IMG/VR virus record: IMGVR_UViG_3300022562_001240
Direction: 5' to 3' (one strand)
From: a virus
Length of the DNA stretch: 56,310 nucleotides
Shown: positions 45,008 through 53,705 of the stretch, one piece after another
How the letters are laid out: every line of letters begins with the position of its first letter
Numbering within the stretch: position 1 is the stretch's first letter
Notes under the pieces: generated by a model
Told to the model about the DNA's origin: nothing
What the model saw: only the letters and a program-made list of their open reading frames with translations
Databases searched by the model: none
Program-made: the position numbers and the translations under genes

Positions 45008-45225
45008 CAGTCAGTTCCTCTTCTGAAGATCAAGCTTGCCACCCATCCCAGAATCATGCCAACCAGCAATGACAGAGGCGCAGCAAGATACAACCACACA
45101 ACAACATATGCCCCGCCAATTGACGGGTCTTGTTCTGCGGCAGCCCCGCCAGCATTTTGCAGCCATATCCAAGAGCCAAGCAGGCCCAACAGACCACCGC
45201 AAACAACAAACAGAAACTCTCTCAT
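45007..45225 (-). CDS. small membrane protein (2 TM helices)
   Basis: Two hydrophobic helices. Sits between folA and thyA, overlapping each by 1-4 nt. Confidence 0.4.
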   Translation of the reverse strand: MREFLFVVCGGLLGLLGSWIWLQNAGGAAAEQDPSIGGAYVVVWLYLAAPLSLLVGMILGWVASLIFRRGTD

Positions 45226-46088
45226 ACAGCCACCGGAATTTCCAGCTTCGGCCCACTCTCGAATTCTGAGATCACGAACGAGTCAGGCGTGTAGCTGTAG
45301 ATGTCTGCCGCCTTCTCGATCTCCAACTTAGGAGACGGAATCTCTGGCAGAGTGAGATACTCGGCGACAGCATCCATCTGATCTTCATAGATGTGGCTGT
45401 CGTGGGTTTCGTGGACGAACTCATAAGGAATACAGTCCGTCTGCTGGGCCAACATCACAGTCAATGCACTGTAGAATTGGATGTTGGCCGGGACGCCGAT
45501 TGGGAAGTCACAGGATCGCTGCGTCATGATCCCGGTCAGGCGTCGGTCATCGTCGATGAGAACCTGATAGCCGTAGTGACACGGCGGGAGCCGCATCTCT
45601 GCGACATCGTTCGGGTTCCACAGTGACCATAAAGTTCGGCGGCAGCTTGGATCTTCCTTGATCCTATTCACGACCCAATCAAGTTGGTCGAATCCACCTC
45701 GACCGTAGGCCGCATTTTCAATTCCTTTGTTGTAGCTGCCGCCGAAATGTCTCAACTGAAAACCATAGACTGGACCGAACGAGTTCTTCTCAAACCCGTG
45801 CTTCTTCTCGAAGTTTTCATCCACCCACGGAGTCCAAAAATTGCAACCGAGAGCCTTGAGTGTTTCGTTGTTGGTACTGCCGCTGATGAACCAGAGAAGT
45901 TCTGAGAAGACAGACTTCGGCCACACCTTTCGCTTGGTGAGGATGGGAAAGCGATCTGTGTCCAGACGGTATCGCTTCAGCATCCCAAAGACTGACTTGG
46001 TGCGAATGCCCGTTCGCTTGTTTGTTCTCCAAACACCTTGCTCCATGATTTCTTTAAGAGCGTCATCGTAGGGCTGCATCAAGTACAT
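45222..46088 (-). CDS. thyA: thymidylate synthase (ThyA type)
   Basis: ...RTGIRTKSVFG...FPILTKRKV...ELLWFISGSTN... and the remainder of the ThyA fold. Confidence 0.85.
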   Translation of the reverse strand: MYLMQPYDDALKEIMEQGVWRTNKRTGIRTKSVFGMLKRYRLDTDRFPILTKRKVWPKSVFSELLWFISGSTNNETLKALGCNFWTPWVDENFEKKHGFEKNSFGPVYGFQLRHFGGSYNKGIENAAYGRGGFDQLDWVVNRIKEDPSCRRTLWSLWNPNDVAEMRLPPCHYGYQVLIDDDRRLTGIMTQRSCDFPIGVPANIQFYSALTVMLAQQTDCIPYEFVHETHDSHIYEDQMDAVAEYLTLPEIPSPKLEIEKAADIYSYTPDSFVISEFESGPKLEIPVAV

Positions 46089-46280
46089 GGAAGTCTCCTA
46101 AAATGAAAATATGGGGCTCATCGACACCGCTGACCCTCATACTCAACGCTGAAAAACAATCTTGAACCTTGGTCAACAATGCACGGTCGGTGCCCCATGA
46201 ACCGCCAGCGGGGTGCCACTGAGTTTATGGAAACAATTTACGTCACCAACGCAAGTTGCGTGACTTCCAAATGCTATTGG

Positions 46281-46320
46281 ATCTTAAGGAATGTGTCAAC
46301 CTCACTCTCTTAAGGAATGA
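46281..46320 (+). promoter_or_regulatory. two direct copies of CTTAAGGAATG in a divergent intergenic region
   Basis: Copies at 46283-46293 and 46309-46319. The second overlaps the ATG at 46317. Confidence 0.3.
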
Positions 46321-46979
46321 TCACAAAATTTGGAAAAGACCTTTCGGTGCTGATTGTTACAGAGCCCGGTCGAGATTGGGAAGCCTATGCCACATGGTAC
46401 TCGGTCTTCAAGAATCTCCCGGATGCTCGGACAGCCATCGTTTCTATAAGAAACGGCGAGACCCCGTTTCATCTGTTCCAATGGACCAAACGACTGAAAG
46501 TGCCGCTGGTGCATATCCAGCCCATCTGCGAGAAGCCAGAAGCCGCTCGCTGGCTAGATGCTGCCCGGCACGCCATCCAACGAAAGCTGGTGGGAGAAAA
46601 CGTCCTCGTCATCCCTCATCTGGTCATGGCCTTAGAAGTTTTGGACGCAAAGCTTCTTAATGAATTCGCCAACTCAGATGTCGCTTTCGGGCACAACGCA
46701 ATTTTCTTGAAGAATCCAAACGTAGACCAACTACTGAATGACATCCTGTTGGACGATAAAAAACCGGAGTTGCGGAATATCTGCCCTGAAGCAAAAGAAA
46801 CCCAGACACTCTCTTCTATGGTGAGTTACCGGAAAGGGTGTGGGAAATGGATACATAGATTGAAAGGATGTCCGTTTTCGAATGCGGCTGGTCTTGTCAC
46901 GAGTGACATGACCGTAAACGAGATTCGAATCATAGATCTATGGAAAAGGATGTGCCAACTTTATAGCGCAGTCTTGTGA
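46317..46979 (+). CDS. hypothetical protein (220 aa)
   Basis: First + strand ORF after a strand switch; no motif recognised. Confidence 0.4.
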   Translation: MITKFGKDLSVLIVTEPGRDWEAYATWYSVFKNLPDARTAIVSIRNGETPFHLFQWTKRLKVPLVHIQPICEKPEAARWLDAARHAIQRKLVGENVLVIPHLVMALEVLDAKLLNEFANSDVAFGHNAIFLKNPNVDQLLNDILLDDKKPELRNICPEAKETQTLSSMVSYRKGCGKWIHRLKGCPFSNAAGLVTSDMTVNEIRIIDLWKRMCQLYSAVL

Positions 46980-46989
46980 GGTAAAACAA

Positions 46990-47301
46990 ATGGAACGCTT
47001 TTTTGATAACGACCCAGAACGAGAGCACAAATTCTTCGAATCGCTTCATGATGAAGATGATTTGGAGATGGAGCTAGACGAAGATGCAATCGCCTACCTT
47101 GACCCAGAAGGCGTCATGCAAGTCATGAACATCGATCTGGCCCACAGCGAACTGAAGCATCACCTAATCAGCAAGGCTGTAGAGATCTGTGAGAAGAGCT
47201 TCTTGTGGAAGTTCAAAGGCATCAAAACAAAGATGCGAGAAATCCACGTCGTCTATGAATGGCTGAAGCTGATGACCGAAGACGACCCAAATGAGGAATA
47301 G
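46990..47301 (+). CDS. hypothetical acidic protein (103 aa)
   Basis: ORF in the same + strand block. Confidence 0.4.
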   Translation: MERFFDNDPEREHKFFESLHDEDDLEMELDEDAIAYLDPEGVMQVMNIDLAHSELKHHLISKAVEICEKSFLWKFKGIKTKMREIHVVYEWLKLMTEDDPNEE

Positions 47302-47303
47302 AA

Positions 47304-47666
47304 ATGCCAATCTACGAATTCGAATGTAATGAATGTCATGAAAAGTTTGACGACTTGGTAACTATGAGCAAAGCTGAAACGTGCCCAGACACCAAGTGTC
47401 CAAAATGCGAATCCAAAAATTGGACTAAGCTTGTAAGCTGCCCCAATTTCATGTTCACCAACCCGGTAGGCACTGACCGGTGGAACAGCAGTTCCTCCGG
47501 TCATGACTATCGCTTCAAACACAACATCCCAAAGGTGAAGGCCGAGCGTGAGATGGCCGAGCAACTGTCGCACATGGGTTCGAATCCCTATGGTGATACC
47601 TCGGACAAAGACATCCAGATGGACACCGGAATTCACGACGCCGACTCAAGGCCGGGCCTAAGCTGA
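47304..47666 (+). CDS. FmdB-family zinc-ribbon protein
   Basis: MPIYEFECNECHEKFD...CPKCES is the FmdB pattern YE(Y/F)xCxxC...CPxC. Confidence 0.5.
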   Translation: MPIYEFECNECHEKFDDLVTMSKAETCPDTKCPKCESKNWTKLVSCPNFMFTNPVGTDRWNSSSSGHDYRFKHNIPKVKAEREMAEQLSHMGSNPYGDTSDKDIQMDTGIHDADSRPGLS

Positions 47667-48077
47667 TGTGAGAGCCTGAAGCAAATCGTATTCCCGTCTG
47701 AACTGTGGGAATCGTGCGATATATGGCAAGATGTTTTCCCTGACCGTGGCTTCCATGTTCAGGACATAAGGATCGTCAGTTGAATTGTCGTTGCTCAGCA
47801 CGTCGATCAACTGACCCAGCCATTGTCGAACCATTGGCTCTTGAGCATTCCCGCTGACAATTTTCTGAGCGATTGAATCGATGTTCGCCAAGACGTTTTC
47901 CTGCACCTGCGGCTGCTTCTTGGGCTGCTTCTCTTTCTTGGGAGGATCTTCCTCAAACATCGTAGAAACCATGGGAGGCCACATGCGTCTCCACATGGGG
48001 ATGGAAATCCGCCTGAACCCAGCGATGTCGCCGGTCGAGGTTCCAACTTCCTTCAACAACCATTCTTTGAATCCCAT
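47658..48077 (-). CDS. member of the N-terminal-motif family (MGFKEWLLKEVGTS...)
   Basis: Start overlaps the upstream stop in ATGA. Confidence 0.45.
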   Translation of the reverse strand: MGFKEWLLKEVGTSTGDIAGFRRISIPMWRRMWPPMVSTMFEEDPPKKEKQPKKQPQVQENVLANIDSIAQKIVSGNAQEPMVRQWLGQLIDVLSNDNSTDDPYVLNMEATVRENILPYIARFPQFRREYDLLQALTSA

Positions 48078-48643
48078 TACATTCCTCCCATCGGTGGCCC
48101 GCCCATCGGTGGTGCGCCTCCCATTGGAGGACCACCCATCGGTGGCCCGCCCATACCCATACCGCCGCCGCCACCAGCAAGTGGCTCAACCCATGCGTCC
48201 ATCAACTGTTCCAAGTTCATTTGCTCTGTTTGATCTTCGACAGGGCCATCCCAGTAAAGCGGGTTCTGGTCACTGCTGTATCTGTGAATGAACAGTTTAG
48301 GGTTATCTTGGTACATCATTGCCAACGGAAACGTCACTTCGTAGGTCTCATCCCCTCGATCTTTGATCGAAACATTGATGTTTCCAGCAACTCTGAAAGG
48401 CCAACCAAAATCAGGAATCTTCGGGCCATAGAGCATCACGCTGTCAGATTCCAATGCAGCAGAAAAATCTTCGTCTCGAATCCCAAACTCACGACCAAGC
48501 ACTTCAGGATGGTGCTTATTAGTCGTTTTGTTTTGAGGATCAGACGGTGGTGCGGCATCAGCACCCATTGGTGGTGCTGCTTCATCTTCTCTCAACTTGC
48601 AGGAGAAGGAATGCTCTCTGATGAATTCACGAAATCTGGTCAT
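48077..48643 (-). CDS. member of the N-terminal-motif family (MTRFREFIREHSFS...) with a C-terminal (GGPPMGG)n tail
   Basis: Start placed at the ATG at 48643; the track ORF begins at a GTG 27 nt upstream. The tail is ...GGGGGMGMGGPPMGGPPMGGAPPMGGPPMGGM. Confidence 0.45.
   Translation of the reverse strand: MTRFREFIREHSFSCKLREDEAAPPMGADAAPPSDPQNKTTNKHHPEVLGREFGIRDEDFSAALESDSVMLYGPKIPDFGWPFRVAGNINVSIKDRGDETYEVTFPLAMMYQDNPKLFIHRYSSDQNPLYWDGPVEDQTEQMNLEQLMDAWVEPLAGGGGGMGMGGPPMGGPPMGGAPPMGGPPMGGM
48085..48155. repeat. imperfect tandem repeat of about 15 bp (CCCATCGGTGGcccg) within the CDS
   Basis: Repeat units at 48087, 48102 and 48135 encode the GGPPMGG units. Confidence 0.5.
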
Positions 48644-48688
48644 GTCAAAGGTATATATTAAGGCAGACACAGTTTGGCGAGGTGATAA

Positions 48689-49141
48689 GTGGCAACTTTT
48701 AAGACATGGCTATTTGAGGAAGAAGAGTTAGATGGGAAGATCAACTCCCTTCTCGACTCGGAAGGCTTCATCTTGTTCTTCAAGAAAGACGATGATTTCT
48801 TTGGTGTATCAGAGGACGGGCGAATTGTTTTCGCCAAGATGAAAAACCCCGAGGATGAAGATCTGCCGTCTGGATGGGAAGATGAAGCCAGCTTTTCTGC
48901 CCAGAATCTCACCAAGAAAATGAAGGGGGAACCCGCCACTCACCTCTTCAAGAAGGAAGACCTGAACTCGATCAAAGTCATGGATCGGGAGAAAATGTTC
49001 GCAGAACTGAAGAAGATCGCCGAAGGTCTCGGGGACGAAGCGTTCAAGAAAGACCCCGGATTCAGGGTCATCGACATCGCCAGCTTGTTCCAACGTGAGC
49101 CTGATGAGGCTCCCAATTTTGTCAGGGCAGACGAGGAGTAA
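48689..49141 (+). CDS. member of the N-terminal-motif family ((V)MATFKTWLFEEEELDG...)
   Basis: GTG start at 48689 with a GAGGTGA ribosome-binding site 4 nt upstream. Confidence 0.45.
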   Translation: MATFKTWLFEEEELDGKINSLLDSEGFILFFKKDDDFFGVSEDGRIVFAKMKNPEDEDLPSGWEDEASFSAQNLTKKMKGEPATHLFKKEDLNSIKVMDREKMFAELKKIAEGLGDEAFKKDPGFRVIDIASLFQREPDEAPNFVRADEE

Positions 49142-49144
49142 CAA

Positions 49145-49537
49145 ATGCCATCACTACTAGAACTTCAAGATCTGTACTACGAAGCATTGGTTCGTGAACT
49201 GATCGAAAAAACCAAATCCTGCGGCCTGACATGGATTCATCTGGGCGGCACGCAGTTTCAAGCAACAGAAGTCAATACAGCCGTTGACCCCAACGTCACA
49301 TGGGACTTCTTCCTGACCCAGACCACTATCGGCAACGCTACAGAGAAATTCACACTCGATGTGAAGAAAGATAGCGTGACCTACGTTTCCATGGAAGCTG
49401 GCCCTCTGCCAAACACGGGCCGCAGCAGTGTCGTCAAAGAGCTTTACGAGATCGTTGAGATCATCGTGCTCGAACTGGACGCCAAACTGAAGGAGACTGT
49501 CAACTTCGTACAGAGTCTCCAAGATTGTAGGAGCTAA
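49145..49537 (+). CDS. hypothetical protein (130 aa)
   Basis: ORF 3 nt after the previous stop. Confidence 0.4.
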   Translation: MPSLLELQDLYYEALVRELIEKTKSCGLTWIHLGGTQFQATEVNTAVDPNVTWDFFLTQTTIGNATEKFTLDVKKDSVTYVSMEAGPLPNTGRSSVVKELYEIVEIIVLELDAKLKETVNFVQSLQDCRS

Positions 49538-49539
49538 GA

Positions 49540-50235
49540 ATGAGTCGCAACTTCGAAGATGCAAGCGACCAAGGCAAAAGTATGCGAAAGTGGCAGTGCT
49601 TTGTCTGCGGTCAAAACTTCGACGAATATCCAGAATACAAAGAACACATTCTTGAGAACCACGAGGAAGGTCGTGAATACCTCAAGTGTCCTGCTTGTGA
49701 TGCGCCGGTACGAGACATGAAGGCACACTTCAAGTGCAAGCACCCACAACGTATCATGCCAAAAGGAATTCAACATCGAGTCTCCATCTGGCATGACTTC
49801 AAGCCCGGCAAGAACGGGAAGAAAAAGAACTCGGTGCGAAAACCAAAGTTCCGCACAGGAGAGTTTGAATCAAGAAAAAGCGGAACCCTGATCAAGTATC
49901 GATCAGGGATGGAAGAAGAGTTCTACAATCTGTTGGAACAAGACAATGACGTGATGTCATTTCATGCTGAGCCTTACAAGGTTCCCTATTATTGGCAAGG
50001 GGAGTGGCACGACTACATTCCAGATATCCGGGTCAACTTCATGGATGGCAGCGTAGAGATCTGGGAAGTAAAGCCTGCCAATCAGACCAGCTATGATCAG
50101 AACAAAGCCAAGTGGGCCTCAGCCCATACATGGGCACAGAATCACGGATGGGGATTCGTGGTTCAAACAGAAGTTGGTCTGGGCAAATTGAAGACCAAAG
50201 TGAGACGCCAGCGAGGCGATCTGCTTAACGAGTAG
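49540..50235 (+). CDS. C2H2-type zinc-finger protein with a C-terminal PD-(D/E)xK / TnsA-N-like nuclease-fold region
   Basis: CFVCGQNF...HILENH and CPACDA...HFKCKH fingers. The C-terminus has ...DIRVNFMDGSVEIWEVKP..., a D...E-x-K arrangement. Confidence 0.45.
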   Translation: MSRNFEDASDQGKSMRKWQCFVCGQNFDEYPEYKEHILENHEEGREYLKCPACDAPVRDMKAHFKCKHPQRIMPKGIQHRVSIWHDFKPGKNGKKKNSVRKPKFRTGEFESRKSGTLIKYRSGMEEEFYNLLEQDNDVMSFHAEPYKVPYYWQGEWHDYIPDIRVNFMDGSVEIWEVKPANQTSYDQNKAKWASAHTWAQNHGWGFVVQTEVGLGKLKTKVRRQRGDLLNE

Positions 50236-50520
50236 TCACTTCTTCAGCCGTCTTAACGTCAGAAGCAAGAAGATTCCGGTCCAAGACCCCATCATCATCG
50301 GAATCAAATACAAGAAATTGTTGACATAACAAAGCACGCCGAGTGCGATAAAGAAGTGCATCGTGCATCCGGCACACGCTGCATGGAAGGCCGACATCTC
50401 CACTACCTTGATCGTAAAATACGAATTGATGGCATCCAGAATGCAATAAATGCAAAAAAGGGCGGCAGCAATGCCGAAGTTAAATGTTGCGATGTCCATC
50501 GGTCCCCCTGCTTTTCTCAA
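50236..50520 (-). CDS. membrane protein (3 predicted TM helices)
   Basis: Hydrophobic segments FGIAAALFCIYCIL, FFIALGVLCYV and GSWTGIFLLL. Confidence 0.4.
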   Translation of the reverse strand: MRKAGGPMDIATFNFGIAAALFCIYCILDAINSYFTIKVVEMSAFHAACAGCTMHFFIALGVLCYVNNFLYLIPMMMGSWTGIFLLLTLRRLKK

Positions 50521-50737
50521 GAAGTTGTTTAAGGTGTTCTCTTATTTGATCTCTGGTTTTCTCCTCTAAGATCTCTGCGGCTCTTTTTTGATGCTCCTTG
50601 TACTCCTCAGCAGTAATGAGACCCTTCTCGTGCAGAACTGTCTTCAATGCCAAGTTCTCGACCAGCAAGAACTTGATCATATCTGCCTTCATAAAGAATG
50701 CTTCGGTCGCAACTCGTTCGATTTCTTGTCGATCCAT
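50480..50737 (-). CDS. hypothetical protein (85 aa)
   Basis: ORF on the dominant strand. Confidence 0.35.
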   Translation of the reverse strand: MDRQEIERVATEAFFMKADMIKFLLVENLALKTVLHEKGLITAEEYKEHQKRAAEILEEKTRDQIREHLKQLLEKSRGTDGHRNI

Positions 50738-50764
50738 TATCTATCCTCCTGACAACAGCTTAGA

Positions 50765-51844
50765 TTATCCTGACACGTTAATTGAATCACAGAATTGTTG
50801 AATAACGTCTTCCAACAAAAGACCCAATACTCCGTTAATTACAGTACCCGCTGTTGCATCTGTAATATCCGTGGCTTGATTCTTGGGTTGTTCTGGATCA
50901 GTATCACTGCCACCATCCAAGCCAAGACCAGCACTTCCGGGATTGAGGGCAATCACCTGAATGTTCGCAGCAGTCAATGCTGTAATGACCTCTCCCACTG
51001 TCGGATAATCATGGCCTTTCGCTCCAGCAGCCCAGCCCCAGATATCGCCTACCCATGCAATTGCTCGATTGGCAGTGGGGCGTCCCCCAAGAGTTGTTTC
51101 CCACTCCAAGGCGGCTTTCTGTAATGTAGCCAATTGCTGCTCCGGGCCATCTCCTCCACCACCGGCACTTAAATTACCCACAGCGAAAACCACTCCCTCA
51201 AAGTCATCGGTGAATCCTGTGTTGACTTTCCATCCGTTCGCATAATCGCCAACGTCTTCAAAGTCCCTGTATGTCACCAATCCAATACGACAGGTTGGGC
51301 TGTCCATAGCCACAATAACTTCAGACAACAAATCTCTGAAAGCCGCAATGGTGCTTCCCATAGAACCTGTCGTATCGACAACCAAAAGAATATCGGTGTT
51401 CGAACACACGCAGCCAGACAGATAATCTGGAATTAGCGATCCTCCCACAACAACACCTCCCGAGGTGGTAATGTTGTGGGTTCTAAGACAACGACAACTA
51501 TCTTGAAGAGCCTCAAGAAGCTCTTGCTCGTCATCAGGAAGAAACGAGAACTGTTCTTCTACAGTCTCAAAAATTGAGATGATCTCAGGGTGGACAGACG
51601 AGGAGAGCGTGACAAAAAGCTTGCCCTCCTTCAAGAATTCCAGATAGTAACCCGTGCTGGAGTTGTTGACAGACACACGGCCCACACGCACCACCCAATA
51701 CGTCCCATTGATGACGGGGGTGACTTCATAGAGCGTAGGGCCGATTTTATTCCAGACATAGGCGCAATTTTTGGTGCTCTCCTGAATGATGTCAATCAGG
51801 ATCAACTCTTCAATGCCAAAAAGTTCTTCAAGGTTCTCTGCCAT
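50765..51844 (-). CDS. von Willebrand factor A (vWA) domain protein
   Basis: MIDAS motif ILLVVDTTGSMGS, with downstream Thr/Asp positions consistent with vWA. Confidence 0.55.
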   Translation of the reverse strand: MAENLEELFGIEELILIDIIQESTKNCAYVWNKIGPTLYEVTPVINGTYWVVRVGRVSVNNSSTGYYLEFLKEGKLFVTLSSSVHPEIISIFETVEEQFSFLPDDEQELLEALQDSCRCLRTHNITTSGGVVVGGSLIPDYLSGCVCSNTDILLVVDTTGSMGSTIAAFRDLLSEVIVAMDSPTCRIGLVTYRDFEDVGDYANGWKVNTGFTDDFEGVVFAVGNLSAGGGGDGPEQQLATLQKAALEWETTLGGRPTANRAIAWVGDIWGWAAGAKGHDYPTVGEVITALTAANIQVIALNPGSAGLGLDGGSDTDPEQPKNQATDITDATAGTVINGVLGLLLEDVIQQFCDSINVSG

Positions 51845-51873
51845 ACTTGTATGTACGGCTCATGAGAACCTTT

Positions 51874-52875
51874 CTAGTTTCCGTGTTTCGTCGTTAACCA
51901 GCGAACAGTTCGACTTTCGGATCGCATTGCCACAGAGTTAGTAACAGGACCGTGTGAGGTGAATCGGACACCTTCCAAAAGCTGGCCGTTGGTGATTCCA
52001 GTGGCAGCGAACATGACCTCGCCCGCTGCCAAATCTTCAATTCCGAGCAACCGGTCGTTGGCGGGATTCCATGTTTCGGCAGTGCCATAGCTCATGTTAT
52101 GATCAACCTTCTCTTCGCCTTTCTCAAACTCCTGACATTGCATAAATCCACCCATGCACTTCATTGCCGCTGCGGCAATGACGGCCTCTGGTGCGCCACC
52201 AATACTCCAATACATGTCAATCCCCGAGTCGGGCACACATGTCGCAATACAAGCAGTCACATCACAATCTGTGATGAATTTGATTCGACAACCTATTTGC
52301 CGCAAATCCGCAATGAGATCTTTGTGCCGTGGACGATCCATCACACAGACAGTGACATGTTGAGGGGACTTACCGAGAGCGGCGGCGACCATTCCAACAT
52401 TTGCACTGGCCGGGTTCCTCAGATCGATCTGAGACTTGGACGCCACTTCTGGCCCTACGGCGATCTTGTCCATGTAGAACCAGTCGGTTTTGTAGAGCGA
52501 ATCTTTCTTGCCCATAGCGATCACAGACATCGCTTCATAGCCGCCCTTGGCTGTGGGGGTTGTGCCTTCGATGGGATCGACGGCGATAGCGTAGTCTGGG
52601 ATGTGCGTCTTTTGACCCCATTCCTCAACCGCTGTTGGATCTTTGCCAATTGACTCCAGCCCAACCCACTCGCCTTCATACAAACCGAAGGACTCGTCCT
52701 TTTTGCCTTCGCCGATGGCGATCTCTGCGAAAAAGTCGATGTCATTCAACCGACTCCGCATGGCATCTGTGGCTTCTTTGTCAGCAGCCTCTTTGTTGCC
52801 CCTTCCAACCCACTTGGCAGCCGAGATTGCCCCTGCCTCTGTGACTCGGATCAAATCCATGTGAAAGTTCTTCAT
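51874..52875 (-). CDS. glpX: class II fructose-1,6-/sedoheptulose-1,7-bisphosphatase (GlpX type)
   Basis: Collinear with E. coli GlpX: LIRVTEAGAISAAKWVGRGNKEAAD..., AIAVDPIEGTT, PDSGIDMYWSIGGAPE. Confidence 0.8.
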   Translation of the reverse strand: MKNFHMDLIRVTEAGAISAAKWVGRGNKEAADKEATDAMRSRLNDIDFFAEIAIGEGKKDESFGLYEGEWVGLESIGKDPTAVEEWGQKTHIPDYAIAVDPIEGTTPTAKGGYEAMSVIAMGKKDSLYKTDWFYMDKIAVGPEVASKSQIDLRNPASANVGMVAAALGKSPQHVTVCVMDRPRHKDLIADLRQIGCRIKFITDCDVTACIATCVPDSGIDMYWSIGGAPEAVIAAAAMKCMGGFMQCQEFEKGEEKVDHNMSYGTAETWNPANDRLLGIEDLAAGEVMFAATGITNGQLLEGVRFTSHGPVTNSVAMRSESRTVRWLTTKHGN

Positions 52876-53705
52876 CCTAATTCCTTAATTGCCTTAAAGA
52901 ATACCATGTCCAGTTCTCCCCTTCTGGACTCAGGGTAACACACCATGTCACTTGACATCATGGGTGTGTCGAGATCGTGCTGCTCTCGCAGTTCGTCTCT
53001 GTCGTACCCAGACCAATTGTCGGGATTGAAGTATCTCAATCGTACCGACTGGTGAACATAACCGATGCTCTTCAGGTAGTCGATGATCTTTGGAGCATCC
53101 CACGGCATTGACTCCAAGACCATGATTGGCTGATGCTTCTTGATCGTCTCTTGTGCCCCTCGCAGAGTTGCGATTTCGCAACCTTCAACGTCCAGTTTCA
53201 TGAAGTCGAGCTTGGGAAGAAACATTGAGTCAATAGTCATCGTCTTCAGCGGCACATCATCGTCGAATCGTTTCTCTGGCGTCAGATAGAGTCCGCCGTA
53301 ATGCTGACCTTGTTCGTCATAGAAGTACACACCATCGTCATTCTTCAGTTGCTTGTTGATGCAATAGAGCAGATGATCGTCAGAGTCGCTGAGCGGACGA
53401 TCATAGATGGTGACGTTGTAGAGACTGTTGAGAGCGACATTGCCGCACAGGACGTATCGAATGAACTCCTGTGGCTCGAAGGCGTGGACATGGCCTTCCT
53501 CGCCAACCATCATGGCGAGTGGAATCGTGATGGCACCCATATTGGCCCCACCATCGATCACCACGTCGCCGGGCTTGACGAAACGAGAGATAACTTGGAC
53601 TTCACTTTCGAGGGCCTCGCCGTAGAGTTCAAATGACCTACCAATCCATTTGTCGTTCGGCAGATACATCATCGTGCCATGACGACAGGCATTCAGTCCG
53701 ATCAT
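52872..53705 (-). CDS. FkbM-family methyltransferase, copy 2
   Basis: VIDGGANMGAITIPLA. Clearly paralogous to 36426-37289, sharing the CGN(V/I)ALN and EFV motifs. Confidence 0.65.
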   Translation of the reverse strand: MIGLNACRHGTMMYLPNDKWIGRSFELYGEALESEVQVISRFVKPGDVVIDGGANMGAITIPLAMMVGEEGHVHAFEPQEFIRYVLCGNVALNSLYNVTIYDRPLSDSDDHLLYCINKQLKNDDGVYFYDEQGQHYGGLYLTPEKRFDDDVPLKTMTIDSMFLPKLDFMKLDVEGCEIATLRGAQETIKKHQPIMVLESMPWDAPKIIDYLKSIGYVHQSVRLRYFNPDNWSGYDRDELREQHDLDTPMMSSDMVCYPESRRGELDMVFFKAIKELG

